Below are positions 1 to 8,812 of a stretch of 17,547 nucleotides of DNA, piece after piece (position 1 is the first letter of the stretch; each line of letters begins with the position of its first letter). The position numbers were made by a program, and so were the translations under genes. The DNA is taken from NCBI GenBank assembly GCA_045046875.1, contig JASFYY010000136.1, forward strand, positions 1 through 17,547, given 5' to 3'. Source of the DNA: Verrucomicrobiota bacterium. GTDB lineage: Bacteria; Verrucomicrobiota; Verrucomicrobiia; Verrucomicrobiales; DEV007. Below the pieces are notes generated by a model that did no database searches, was not told where the DNA came from, and saw nothing but the letters and a program-made list of their open reading frames with translations.

Positions 1-1206
1 AACATCACCGCCACCCCGACTTCGGGCTTCGATCCCCAGGAGTTGATCGACGTCATGCCGCTCGCGTTGGGCATGCACCATTACATCCTCAACTGCCGTG
101 ACCTCTACGGTCTACCGCGCAAGTTCAACATCTCCTTCGACAGTGGTGGTGCGATCAGCGTCTGCGCCGATACCAATGACATCGGATTCTACGCCGTCCG
201 TGTCGGCGAAGGCCACGATGTAGAACCCGGCATTTACTTCCGTTTGAGACTCTGCGGCATCACCGGCCACCAGCAACTGGCTTTCGACTCTGGCCTGCTA
301 CTCAAAGAAGAAGAATGCATTCCGCTCTCTGCCGCTCTCATTCGAGTCTTCATCGAAAACGGCAACCGGACCAATCGTAAAAAAGCCCGTCTCAAATACC
401 TGGTCGATGACTGGGGCCTAGAAAAACTGCTCGAAGAGACACAGAAAAAACTCGCTTTCCCACTGCGCAAAATCCCACTCGATATTTGCGAAAGCAGTGT
501 GCCAAAAAAACGCCAAGCGCACATCGGCGTCCATCCTCAATCACAGCCGGGGCTCAATCACATCGGCATCGGCATCCCCGTCGGTCGTCTGCTGCCTGAG
601 CAAATGCACGCGCTCGCACATATTGCCGATACTTATGGAAAAGGTGACCTCCGCCTCACCGTGTGGCAGAACCTGATCATTCCTCACATCGCAGACGAGC
701 AAATCGAAGCAGCCAAAGCAGCCATCGTCGAAGCCGGACTTACCCATCGCGCCTCACCGATCGCCAGCGGTCTGGTCGCCTGCACCGGCAATACCGGCTG
801 CCAATACGCCGGCGCCAATACCAAAAGCAACGCGATCGTGCTTTCCCAACATTTGCAGCAGAAGTTTGACCTTGATCAGCCGATTAACATTCATCTCACC
901 GGCTGCCCCCACAGTTGTGCCCAGCACTACATCGGTGACATCGGTCTGCAAGCCACGCCATGCAAGATCGGCGATGAAACCGTCGAAGGTTATCACGTCG
1001 TGCTCGGCGGAGGCGTGGATGACAATCGAGCCATCGCAAAAGATGTGTTTTCATCCATCCCTTTCAGCGGCATGCCAGCGCTACTGGAACACATGCTCTC
1101 CGTCTATCTGGGTCGCCGCGAAGACAACGAATCCTTCTCCACCTTCACCCGCCGTCACTCGACTGAACAACTACAGGAACTTTTTACCAACAACTGTCAT
1201 GCCTGA
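1..1206 (+). CDS. nirA: Ferredoxin-type nitrite reductase (NirA family), 5'-truncated by the window edge
   Basis: Frame open from base 1 ([17 protein letters not shown]...). Motifs [23 protein letters not shown], and siroheme/4Fe-4S cysteines CTGNTGC and GCPHSC. Nitrate reductase and transporter nearby favour nitrite over sulfite. Confidence 0.9.
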   Translation, partial: NITATPTSGFDPQELIDVMPLALGMHHYILNCRDLYGLPRKFNISFDSGGAISVCADTNDIGFYAVRVGEGHDVEPGIYFRLRLCGITGHQQLAFDSGLLLKEEECIPLSAALIRVFIENGNRTNRKKARLKYLVDDWGLEKLLEETQKKLAFPLRKIPLDICESSVPKKRQAHIGVHPQSQPGLNHIGIGIPVGRLLPEQMHALAHIADTYGKGDLRLTVWQNLIIPHIADEQIEAAKAAIVEAGLTHRASPIASGLVACTGNTGCQYAGANTKSNAIVLSQHLQQKFDLDQPINIHLTGCPHSCAQHYIGDIGLQATPCKIGDETVEGYHVVLGGGVDDNRAIAKDVFSSIPFSGMPALLEHMLSVYLGRREDNESFSTFTRRHSTEQLQELFTNNCHA

Positions 1207-2923
1207 ACCCACCTTACTCGAAGCACCTGTGTTACCTCAGGACGCCCCTTTCTCTCCCGAACAGCGCGAATGGCTCGACGGTTTTCTGACCAGCGTTTAC
1301 GCCCAGTTCTCGGAAATGCTAAAAGCCCAACAACTGGCATCTGCACCTGCAGAGGCCACGCCGATCACTATTTTATGGGGTTCGCAAACCGGCACCTCGG
1401 AAACCCTGGCCAACAAGTTCGCCAAACTAGGCAAAAAATCCGGCCTTGCCCCAACCGTCATCGACCTGGCTGACTTCCCCCACGAGCAACTTGTCGAGGA
1501 AAGTCACCTGATCATTATCACCAGCACCTACGGTGACGGCGAACCACCCGACAACGCCGCGAATTTCCACCAATTCCTGCACAGTGATTCAGCGCCCAAA
1601 CTGGAATCCCTCAACTACTCCGTGCTCGCCATCGGCGATTCCTCCTACCCCGATTTTTGCAAATGCGGCATCGAAATCGATGAGCGCTTACAAAAGCTCG
1701 GCGCCAAGAAAATGTTCAACCGCATCGACTGCGACGTGGACTTCGAGGACGAATTTGCCACCTGGACCCAAGGCATCATCGACGCTATGGGACTGGTCAG
1801 CAGCGACGACGACGACGATGAAGATTCCGGCGGCATCGACAAGAAAAATCCACTCAGCGTGGAAGTGGTCGAAAATATCAATCTCAACAAAGAAGGCAGC
1901 ATCAAGGAAACCCGCCACGTCGCCCTGTCCTTCGGCGACGCACCGCTCGATTACGAAGCTGGCGACGCGCTCGGCGTTTACCCGGTCAACTGTCCCGATT
2001 CGGTCGATGAAATCCTCGCCAAACTCGAACTCGATGGCGCGGAGGCCATCGTCTCCTGTGACGGCTTGAACAAAACCCTGCGCCAGGCTCTGCTTACCGA
2101 TTTTGACATTGGCGGACTGAACAAAAAACTGGTCGAAAACTGGACCAAGGTCTCCAAACGCACCCCACCCACCGATGACTACCTGGAAGGCCGCGAGCTG
2201 ATCGACTTGATCAAGGACTACCCCATCCACTTTTCCGAAGCCCAGCCTTTTGCCGCGCTGATGAAAAAAGTCCATCCACGACTCTACTCCATTTCCTCCA
2301 GCCCCAAGGCTCACCCGGGAGAAGTTCACCTCACCGTCGGTGCGGTGCGCTACGAGAGCTTCGGCCGTGCACGCAAGGGCGTCTGCTCCACCTACCTCGC
2401 CGACCGCGCTGAGGACGAATTTCCACCGCGGGTTTTTGTTCACAAAAACAAAGCCTTCCGCCCACCCGCCGATCCTTCCGCTCCAATGATCATGGTCGGT
2501 CCCGGCACCGGAATCGCTCCCTTCATCGCTTTTCTACAGGAACGCCAAGCCTCCCAGGCTGCCGGGAAAAACTGGCTGCTGTTTGGCAACCCGCATTCCG
2601 CCACCGACTTCCTCTATCAAGAACAACTCGAAGGTTTTCAGAAAGACGGCCTGCTCAACCAGCTCAGCACCGCTTTTTCACGCGACCAGAAAGAAAAAGT
2701 CTATGTCCAGGATCGCATCATCGAAGAGGCTCCGGAGATTTACAAATGGCTCGAAGAAGGCGCTTGTTTCTATGTCTGTGGCGATGCCTCGCGTATGGCC
2801 AAGGACGTGGACTACGCGCTCTATCTCGCCATTCAAACCCAGGGCAACATGAGCGCTGATCAAGCTTCGGCTTACCTCAACCGTCTCAAAAAGGAGAAAC
2901 GCTACTGCCGTGACGTCTATTGA
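1199..2923 (+). CDS. CysJ-like diflavin (FMN/FAD/NADPH) reductase, sulfite reductase alpha-subunit family; probable electron donor in nitrate/nitrite assimilation
   Basis: ATG at 1199 overlaps the nirA stop (ATGCCTGA). Flavodoxin motifs GSQTGTSE and [16 protein letters not shown] motifs [37 protein letters not shown]; ends RYCRDVY. The 866 start in the ORF track lies inside nirA. Confidence 0.92.
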   Translation: MPEPTLLEAPVLPQDAPFSPEQREWLDGFLTSVYAQFSEMLKAQQLASAPAEATPITILWGSQTGTSETLANKFAKLGKKSGLAPTVIDLADFPHEQLVEESHLIIITSTYGDGEPPDNAANFHQFLHSDSAPKLESLNYSVLAIGDSSYPDFCKCGIEIDERLQKLGAKKMFNRIDCDVDFEDEFATWTQGIIDAMGLVSSDDDDDEDSGGIDKKNPLSVEVVENINLNKEGSIKETRHVALSFGDAPLDYEAGDALGVYPVNCPDSVDEILAKLELDGAEAIVSCDGLNKTLRQALLTDFDIGGLNKKLVENWTKVSKRTPPTDDYLEGRELIDLIKDYPIHFSEAQPFAALMKKVHPRLYSISSSPKAHPGEVHLTVGAVRYESFGRARKGVCSTYLADRAEDEFPPRVFVHKNKAFRPPADPSAPMIMVGPGTGIAPFIAFLQERQASQAAGKNWLLFGNPHSATDFLYQEQLEGFQKDGLLNQLSTAFSRDQKEKVYVQDRIIEEAPEIYKWLEEGACFYVCGDASRMAKDVDYALYLAIQTQGNMSADQASAYLNRLKKEKRYCRDVY

Positions 2924-4499
2924 AGAAATCGCCTCTGGCGAAACCACGCTGATTGATCAACTGCTCGCCCAACAGCAGTCGCTCACCGCTGTCAGCACCT
3001 TCAGCCAACAACACGCCGATCTCAATGAACCGGCTCAGTCACGCTTTTACAAAAAACTTATTCCACTCGAGCAACCCCGCCCCGGCGAGCAATACTCTTT
3101 CCAAGTTGATCTCGCCGCCTGCACCGGATGCAAATCCTGCGTCACCGCCTGCAACAGTCTCAATGGCCTCGACCCCGACGAAGCCTGGCGCGATACCAGC
3201 CTGCTGATCGGTGGTGACGACAAAGATTCCCTGCGTCAAGTCGTCACCTCCGCCTGCCACCACTGCGCCGAACCCACCTGCGCCAGCGGATGCCCGGTGC
3301 TGGCCTACGAAAAAGATCCTGTCACCGGCATCGTGCGCCACCTCGACGACCAGTGCATCGGTTGCCAATACTGCATCCTCACCTGCGCCTACGACGTACC
3401 CAAATTCAATCCGCGACTCGGCATCGTGCGCAAATGTGACCTCTGCCAATCCCGCCTCGCCGAAGGCGAAGCGCCCGCCTGCGTGCAAGCCTGCCCCAAC
3501 CAAGCGATCCAAATCAAAATCATCAAAACGGATGAGCTGCCCTTCAAAGGCCACATCCTTCCCAGTCTGGCTGCCTCCACTCACTCACGCCCCTCGACCA
3601 GCTACCTCGGCAATCAACAACTGCCCGCTGATGCCCAAGCCGCAGAACTCCACCAACTGCAAGCCGAACACGGCCACGCCCCCCTGGTATGGATGCTCAC
3701 CCTCACCCAAGCCAGCGTCGGCCTCTTCCTCTGCCAAATTCTCTTTTCTCAATTCATCCCCGAAACCGGAGCCATCGTTGCCCCTTGGATGACTGCCATC
3801 GCCCTGCTCATGGGGCTCAGCGGAATCGCCGCCAGCATCCTCCACCTCGGCCAACCGCTCAAAGCCTGGCGCGTCTTCCTCGGCCTGCGTCACTCCTGGC
3901 TCAGCCGCGAAATCATCGCCTTCGGCCTGTGGATGCCGCTCGCCGCCCTGCACACCCTGCTCACCTTTTTCAAACTCGCACCCGACACCCTGACCACCCT
4001 GACCACCCTGACCACCCTCACCGGACTGACCATCGTATTAAGCGGTGCTCTCGCCATCTCATGCTCGATCATGGTTTACGCGATCACCCCGCGCCCCTTC
4101 TGGAACCTGCCACGCACCACCGTCCGCTTCACCGCCACCACCCTCATCCTCGGACTCGCCACCAGTCTCCCCATCCTCACTCTCAACAACCTCACCCCAA
4201 TCTGGCTGCCCCCTGCCCTCGCCATCACCCTCATCGTGAAACTCAGCTTCGAGCTCAGCACCCTGCTGCCCGCCTTCACCCACCGCCCCTGGTCCCCCGC
4301 CCAACACAGCGCCCTCCTACAACTCCACCCCCTGCGCTCCCAACTCATCTCCCGCCTATCCCTAACCGCCCTCGCCCTCATCCTGCTAAGCACCACCATC
4401 TCACCCCTCACCGCCCTACTCACCACCACCCTCATCTTTACCGGAGAAATCCTCTCCCGCACCCTCTTCTTCCGCGCCGTCACCACCAAAACCGGATAA
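2910..4499 (+). CDS. Fused multi-[4Fe-4S] (DmsB-like) domain plus DmsC/YnfH-type membrane anchor
   Basis: Cys motifs CTGCKSCVTAC, CHHCAEPTCASGCP, CIGCQYCILTC, KCDLC...PACVQACP. C-terminal half hydrophobic with DmsC-type HLGQP..AWR...GLRHSWLSRE and terminal R.LFF. GTG start overlaps the upstream gene; AAGGAG at 2891-2896. Confidence 0.88.
   Translation: MTSIEEIASGETTLIDQLLAQQQSLTAVSTFSQQHADLNEPAQSRFYKKLIPLEQPRPGEQYSFQVDLAACTGCKSCVTACNSLNGLDPDEAWRDTSLLIGGDDKDSLRQVVTSACHHCAEPTCASGCPVLAYEKDPVTGIVRHLDDQCIGCQYCILTCAYDVPKFNPRLGIVRKCDLCQSRLAEGEAPACVQACPNQAIQIKIIKTDELPFKGHILPSLAASTHSRPSTSYLGNQQLPADAQAAELHQLQAEHGHAPLVWMLTLTQASVGLFLCQILFSQFIPETGAIVAPWMTAIALLMGLSGIAASILHLGQPLKAWRVFLGLRHSWLSREIIAFGLWMPLAALHTLLTFFKLAPDTLTTLTTLTTLTGLTIVLSGALAISCSIMVYAITPRPFWNLPRTTVRFTATTLILGLATSLPILTLNNLTPIWLPPALAITLIVKLSFELSTLLPAFTHRPWSPAQHSALLQLHPLRSQLISRLSLTALALILLSTTISPLTALLTTTLIFTGEILSRTLFFRAVTTKTG
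3986..4021 (+). repeat. In-frame 9-bp tandem repeat (CACCCTGAC)x3 + CACCCTCAC, encoding TLT x4
   Basis: Read directly; protein shows PDTLTTLTTLTTLTGLT. Confidence 0.9.
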
Positions 4500-4571
4500 A
4501 AAATCCAGTATTCATATTCCTCCTCTTATATTTTTAGTGCCTCTTCGTGGTTCCCTCTTCATTCTTCACCC

Positions 4572-6776
4572 ATGCCCCTAATCACCAACCTCATCCCCTC
4601 TCTACGTGACCACCACGGCCCGCTCACCGAACAACTCGTGCGCAGCCCCGGTGGTTTCGGACTCGGCCAGCTGCCCAAAAACCATCTCCCTCACGCCACC
4701 ACCACCATGACCTGCGGATTCTGTGCCACCGGTTGTGGGCTCAACATCCACCTCGACAGCCAATCCCGCGCCACCGGCCTCACCCCCGCCACTCCCTACC
4801 CGGTCAATCTAGGCATGGCCTGTCCCAAAGGCTGGCAAGCGCTCAGCCCCCTCACCGCCCCCAACCGCGCCACCACCCCTCTCTTCCGCGACAAACGGCA
4901 TACCCCACCACAAAACATCGACTGGAACACCGCCCTACAAATTTTCTGCGATCGCTTCAAAAAAATCCAACAACAACACGGTGCTGAATCCATCGCCTTC
5001 CTCGGCACCGGACAAATCTGCAGCGAGGAACTCGCTTACCTCGGCTCACTCGCCAAATTCGGCATGGGCATGATCCACGGTGACGGCAATACCCGTCAGT
5101 GCATGGCCACCGCCGTCGCCGCCTACAAACAATCCTTCGGCTTCGACGCCCCGCCCTACACCTATCAGGATTTCGAAGAATCCGATGTTATCATCCTCAG
5201 CGGGTCCAATCTCTGCATCGCCCACCCCATCCTGTGGCAACGCATCCTGCGCAATCCCCACTCTCCGCAGATCATCGTCATCGACCCACGCAAAACCGAA
5301 ACCGCCAACGCCGCCAGCCAACACCTCGCCATTGAAGCCAAATCAGATCTCGTGCTCTACTACGGCCTGGCCAATATCCTCATCCAGAACCAGTGGACGG
5401 ACTGCGATTTCATAAAAAACCACTGCTCCGATTTTGACCAATTCGCCAAGCACGTGCAATCCTTTACACCAGAAATCACCAGCCAACGCACCGGCATCTC
5501 CGTCGAAGAGCTACAAGCCCTCGCCAAAACCATCCACCAGGGCAAACGCGTTTCCTTCTGGTGGACGATGGGCATCAATCAAGGATACGAAGCCACCCGC
5601 ACCGCTCAAGCCATCATCAACCTCGCCCTTATCACTGGCAACATCGGCCGCCCCGGCACCGGTGCCAATTCCATCACCGGTCAGTGCAATGCCATGGGCT
5701 CCCGCCTGTTTAGCAATACCACCAGCCTGCTCGGTGGCCACGATTTCACCAATCCCGAACACCGACAAAAAATCGCAAACCAACTCGACATCCCCGTCGA
5801 GCGCATCCCCGACCAAAACAGCGATTCCTACGACCAAATTCTCGAGGGAATCAAAAACGGAAAAATCCGTGGCTTATGGATAGTCGCCACCAACCCTGCC
5901 CACTCGTGGATCAAGCAAAACCGTTTCAAGTCGCTGCTAGATAAACTCGACTTCCTCGTGGTACAGGACATGTATCACGACACACAAACCGCCCAGTACG
6001 CCGACCTCGTCCTGCCCGCCGCCGCCTGGGGCGAAAAAGACGGCACCTTCATCAACTCCGAGCGCCGCATCAGCGTGATCAAAAAAGTCGCCCAAGCCCC
6101 CGGCCAGGCCCTCGCCGACTTCCACATCTTCCGCCTCATCGCCGACGCCTGGGGTTGTGGCGACCTCTTCAAAAACTGGACCAGTCCCGAGAAAGTTTTT
6201 CAAATCCTGACCCAACTCACCCAAAACCAGGCCTGTGACATCACCGGCATCCAAGACTACTCCATGCTCGACCAAGCCGGCGGCATCCAGTGGCCCTACC
6301 CCAAAAAATCCCCTTCCAAGGAAAAACACCGTCGCCTGTTCGAAGACGGGCGTTTTCACCATTCCGACGGACGCGCCAAGCTGATCTTCGCCGACCCCCA
6401 AACCGACCCCGACCCTTGCGACGACAGCTTCCCCTTCAAACTCAACACTGGCCGCGGCAGCTCCGCCCAATGGCACACCCAGACCCGCACCCGTCACTGC
6501 CCGACATTAAAAAAACTCCACCCCAGCGAGCTGCTACTGGAACTCCACCCCCAAGACGCCCACCACCTCGGCATCCGCCCCAATGCCTCGATCCGCATCA
6601 GCTCCCGTCAAGGCAGCCTCACCGCCACCGCCCTCATCACCTCAAACGTAAGCCCCGGCCACGTCTTCCTGCCCATGCACCATGAAGACGTCAACCTACT
6701 CACCCACCCCTCCTTCGACCCCCACTCCCGCCAACCCAACTACAAATCCTGCGCAGTGAGAGTAGAAAAACCCTAA
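4572..6776 (+). CDS. narB: Assimilatory nitrate reductase catalytic subunit (Mo-bisPGD, NarB/NasA type)
   Basis: N-terminal CGFCATGC...CPKG 4Fe-4S motif, [56 protein letters not shown]...[18 protein letters not shown]. No twin-arginine signal. Confidence 0.9.
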   Translation: MPLITNLIPSLRDHHGPLTEQLVRSPGGFGLGQLPKNHLPHATTTMTCGFCATGCGLNIHLDSQSRATGLTPATPYPVNLGMACPKGWQALSPLTAPNRATTPLFRDKRHTPPQNIDWNTALQIFCDRFKKIQQQHGAESIAFLGTGQICSEELAYLGSLAKFGMGMIHGDGNTRQCMATAVAAYKQSFGFDAPPYTYQDFEESDVIILSGSNLCIAHPILWQRILRNPHSPQIIVIDPRKTETANAASQHLAIEAKSDLVLYYGLANILIQNQWTDCDFIKNHCSDFDQFAKHVQSFTPEITSQRTGISVEELQALAKTIHQGKRVSFWWTMGINQGYEATRTAQAIINLALITGNIGRPGTGANSITGQCNAMGSRLFSNTTSLLGGHDFTNPEHRQKIANQLDIPVERIPDQNSDSYDQILEGIKNGKIRGLWIVATNPAHSWIKQNRFKSLLDKLDFLVVQDMYHDTQTAQYADLVLPAAAWGEKDGTFINSERRISVIKKVAQAPGQALADFHIFRLIADAWGCGDLFKNWTSPEKVFQILTQLTQNQACDITGIQDYSMLDQAGGIQWPYPKKSPSKEKHRRLFEDGRFHHSDGRAKLIFADPQTDPDPCDDSFPFKLNTGRGSSAQWHTQTRTRHCPTLKKLHPSELLLELHPQDAHHLGIRPNASIRISSRQGSLTATALITSNVSPGHVFLPMHHEDVNLLTHPSFDPHSRQPNYKSCAVRVEKP

Positions 6777-6794
6777 CCCCCTACCCCCTACCCC
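6771..6794 (-). repeat. C-rich heptamer tandem (CCCCCTA)x2; four G-tracts on the - strand (G4-type motif)
   Basis: + strand ccctaacccccta cccccta cccc; - strand GGGG TA GGGGG TA GGGGG TTA GGG. Confidence 0.6.
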
Positions 6795-6816
6795 ATAAAA
6801 TATTAAATTCTAGATG

Positions 6817-6858
6817 AAAAAAACCGAAAACCCGTCCGCCCGGACAAGTTTTCGGTTT
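6817..6858 (-). terminator. Palindrome H1; probable intrinsic terminator of the PaaX-like gene, possibly bidirectional
   Basis: 17-nt arms 6821-6837 and 6842-6858, 4-nt loop. The two mismatches are G-U compatible on the - strand. The A-run 6817-6823 gives a U-tail on the - strand. Lies between convergent genes. Confidence 0.65.
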
Positions 6859-6889
6859 CGCCGTCACCTCTCCTCCCTATGCTTACCGT

Positions 6890-7651
6890 TCACTTTTTCA
6901 ATAAAGCTTTTATCATCACCGCCAACATTTTATTGCGAAGTCGATTAGCCTTTTGTCCCAGATAACCCTTTGGCAATAGTTGTGCAGGTAACAGAGGGTC
7001 TTGTTTTGTCGCATTTTCCCAAAGAGACCTTTCCCTCGCGAGAACTCCATCCGGGTTAACAACCTTTTTCCCGCCGACATGTTTTTCCACATAGTGAATG
7101 TAAGCTTCATACTTGTTATTAAGCTTGGAAAAATCCCATGAACTTGCTGCCACATCTGAGTCTTTTTCACCAAAAAGAAGCCGCCCTTCCATCAGCGTAA
7201 ACTTGCCTAGCCCCGCCCTTTTTTTACTAAGCATTTTATTGATGGAGCCCATCTGATCAGGCGAAACCCACACACTTTGCTGAAAACAGCCAAAATGGTG
7301 CGCATGAAGTACGCTACGAAGTTCTCTGCGCAATGCTCGTTGAGATTCGGGAATATCAAAAAGCACCATTCGCCAGATTCCATCCCATTCTCTTTGCCAC
7401 TCTTTTTCAGGATCACGCCTACCCGCAATCAACTGCCGTCCCTTTTCTGTAAGCAAAACCACTCGATCCAAAGAATCTCCCGATTGAGTTTCCAGCAACT
7501 CTTCACTCTCAAGCCTACTGACAATGCGCAACAACCTCTTTGAATACGCCCAACTCTCAAAACTCATAGAAAGATTGCGAAATGTCGGAAAAGCCAATTG
7601 TTCCGCAGTCCAAAGCAATTGATAAAGTAACAGCTCAGTTTGTGCCTTCAT
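6890..7651 (-). CDS. PaaX-family regulator-like protein (wHTH + Cas2-like central domain + PaaX C-terminal domain)
   Basis: ATG at 7651 (MKAQTELLLY). wHTH wing LTEKGRQ; central WDGIWRMVLFDIPESQRALRRELR..L....FGCFQQSVWVSP; C-terminal W....L...Y and DPLLPAQLLPKGYLG. No paa genes in the window, so no symbol given. Confidence 0.85.
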   Translation of the reverse strand: MKAQTELLLYQLLWTAEQLAFPTFRNLSMSFESWAYSKRLLRIVSRLESEELLETQSGDSLDRVVLLTEKGRQLIAGRRDPEKEWQREWDGIWRMVLFDIPESQRALRRELRSVLHAHHFGCFQQSVWVSPDQMGSINKMLSKKRAGLGKFTLMEGRLLFGEKDSDVAASSWDFSKLNNKYEAYIHYVEKHVGGKKVVNPDGVLARERSLWENATKQDPLLPAQLLPKGYLGQKANRLRNKMLAVMIKALLKK

Positions 7652-7679
7652 CAACACAGCATAAACAATCCCAAATAAA

Positions 7680-7725
7680 AATGGAACCGAAAACTTTTCC
7701 GGGCGGACAAGTTTTCGGTTCCATT
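7680..7725. repeat. Palindrome H2, homologous to H1; candidate operator, LysR terminator or element end
   Basis: AATGGAACCGAAAACTTTTCC-GGGC-GGACAAGTTTTCGGTTCCATT: 21-nt arms with one mismatch. Core matches the reverse complement of H1 at 33 of 36 positions. Confidence 0.85.
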
Positions 7726-7732
7726 CTCTTCT

Positions 7733-8644
7733 TCACGTTCCCTTCAGCACCGTGCGCAAAGTTTCCTTACAGCTCGCAATAAAATTCTCCTCCGCCAGTG
7801 AAAAGGTTTTTCCGCGGCAAGAAAAAACCGTCCACCAGCGTTTCAACAGCTTCACTCCCAGGTTTTTTTTCACCAGCACCCCCTCCGCCAATTCTTTCCT
7901 CACGATCCAGGGAGCCACAATGCCCGCCCCCAATCCTAAGCGCGCCATCTCTTTGATCCCCTCCATATTGCCCAAAGCCAGCGGCGGTCTGAGCCTCACT
8001 CCCTCCTGGGCAAAATATTCTTTCACCAACTTATAAGTAGTGCTCTTATCCCCGTAAACGATAAAACTCTCTGACTCCAGATGCTGGTTTTCCAACCCTC
8101 CCAAAGAAGCCCAAGGGTGATCCGGAGACACCACTATCACCAAGCTATCCGAAGCCAGCTTCACCTTGTTGAAGTTATTATAAACCCCGGTATCAATGCC
8201 TATCACAAAATCAATCTCCCCCGCCTTCAACACCTCGAGCAATTCCGGGGTATCCCCGGTTTCAATTTTGATATCACAATTGCCCGAATCTTCACGAAAC
8301 TTCCGCAAAGTACCTGGCAACACATACTGACAGATTGTATCCGCCGCCCCCACCCGGATATTACTCACCCCCCAACGTTTCAAAGTTCCCAACTTGGCCG
8401 CCGCCTGTTCCAACTCACGCAAAGCTCGTTTCGCGTGTTGCAAATAAACCTTGCCCGAAGGAGTCAAAACAATGGCCTTGCCCATACGCTCGACCAGCTG
8501 TTCGTCGAGCAAAGTCTCCAAGGCCTTGATCGAATGACTGATCGCCGATTGAGTACGATGCAATTTAGTCGCCGCGTCAGTGAAACTTCGCGTTTCAGCC
8601 AAAGCCACAAAAGACTTGAGTTGTCGGATGTCAGGTAAATCCAT
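7733..8644 (-). CDS. LysR-family transcriptional regulator
   Basis: ATG at 8644: MDLPDIRQLKSFVALAETRSFTDAATKLHRTQSAISHSIKALE HTH, LTPSGK, and substrate domain ending IKEMARLGLGAGIV. Divergent from the transporter. Confidence 0.95.
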   Translation of the reverse strand: MDLPDIRQLKSFVALAETRSFTDAATKLHRTQSAISHSIKALETLLDEQLVERMGKAIVLTPSGKVYLQHAKRALRELEQAAAKLGTLKRWGVSNIRVGAADTICQYVLPGTLRKFREDSGNCDIKIETGDTPELLEVLKAGEIDFVIGIDTGVYNNFNKVKLASDSLVIVVSPDHPWASLGGLENQHLESESFIVYGDKSTTYKLVKEYFAQEGVRLRPPLALGNMEGIKEMARLGLGAGIVAPWIVRKELAEGVLVKKNLGVKLLKRWWTVFSCRGKTFSLAEENFIASCKETLRTVLKGT

Positions 8645-8717
8645 AATAGCACGGTCATAAAACCGCAAAGAGCAAACAGGTCACCATACTTAAGCCATTT
8701 TCGATAAATTCAACAGC

Positions 8718-8734
8718 GAATGAATTTCATTCAT
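8718..8734. promoter_or_regulatory. Candidate LysR binding site (T-N11-A dyad)
   Basis: ATGAA-tttca-TTCAT at 8720-8734 (T8721-N11-A8733), overlapping perfect dyad GAATGAA-t-TTCATTC at 8718-8732, in the divergent intergenic region. Confidence 0.55.
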
Positions 8735-8783
8735 CATTCACATCAATCATTTGAATCGAAATTTCACAAAAGACTCCGGAATT

Positions 8784-8799
8784 TGGCACGCTCGTTGCG
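8784..8799 (+). promoter_or_regulatory. Sigma54 (-24/-12) promoter of the nitrate transporter
   Basis: TGGCACGCTCGTTGCG: GG 8785-8786, 10-nt spacer, GC 8797-8798; matches TGGCACG-N4-TTGC. Confidence 0.8.
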
Positions 8800-8812
8800 T
8801 ATGCAGTGATAC

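Noticed and set aside
866..1198. N-terminal extension of the flavoprotein ORF in the track
   Set aside because: Lies within nirA in another frame; ATG 1199 gives a family-typical N-terminus and a coupled overlap.
3689..4537. 282-aa His/Pro-rich alternative-frame ORF and similar shadow ORFs (e.g. 1688-2443, 5937-6497)
   Set aside because: They overlap well-supported genes; low stop frequency follows from the C-rich skew, and they have no motifs.
4572..6776. Periplasmic (Nap) or respiratory (NarG) nitrate reductase
   Set aside because: No Tat signal, far shorter than NarG, and an assimilatory context with nirA.
6890..7651. Phenylacetate catabolism regulator paaX in the strict sense
   Set aside because: No paa genes in the window; only family-level similarity is supportable.
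6821..7725. CRISPR array or CRISPR-Cas locus (Cas2-like domain, ~36-bp palindromic repeats)
   Set aside because: Only two copies, about 820 nt apart and inverted; no spacers, cas1 or other cas genes.
8645..8783. NtrC enhancer site upstream of the sigma54 promoter
   Set aside because: No convincing TGCAC-N7-GTGCA dyad was found by eye.
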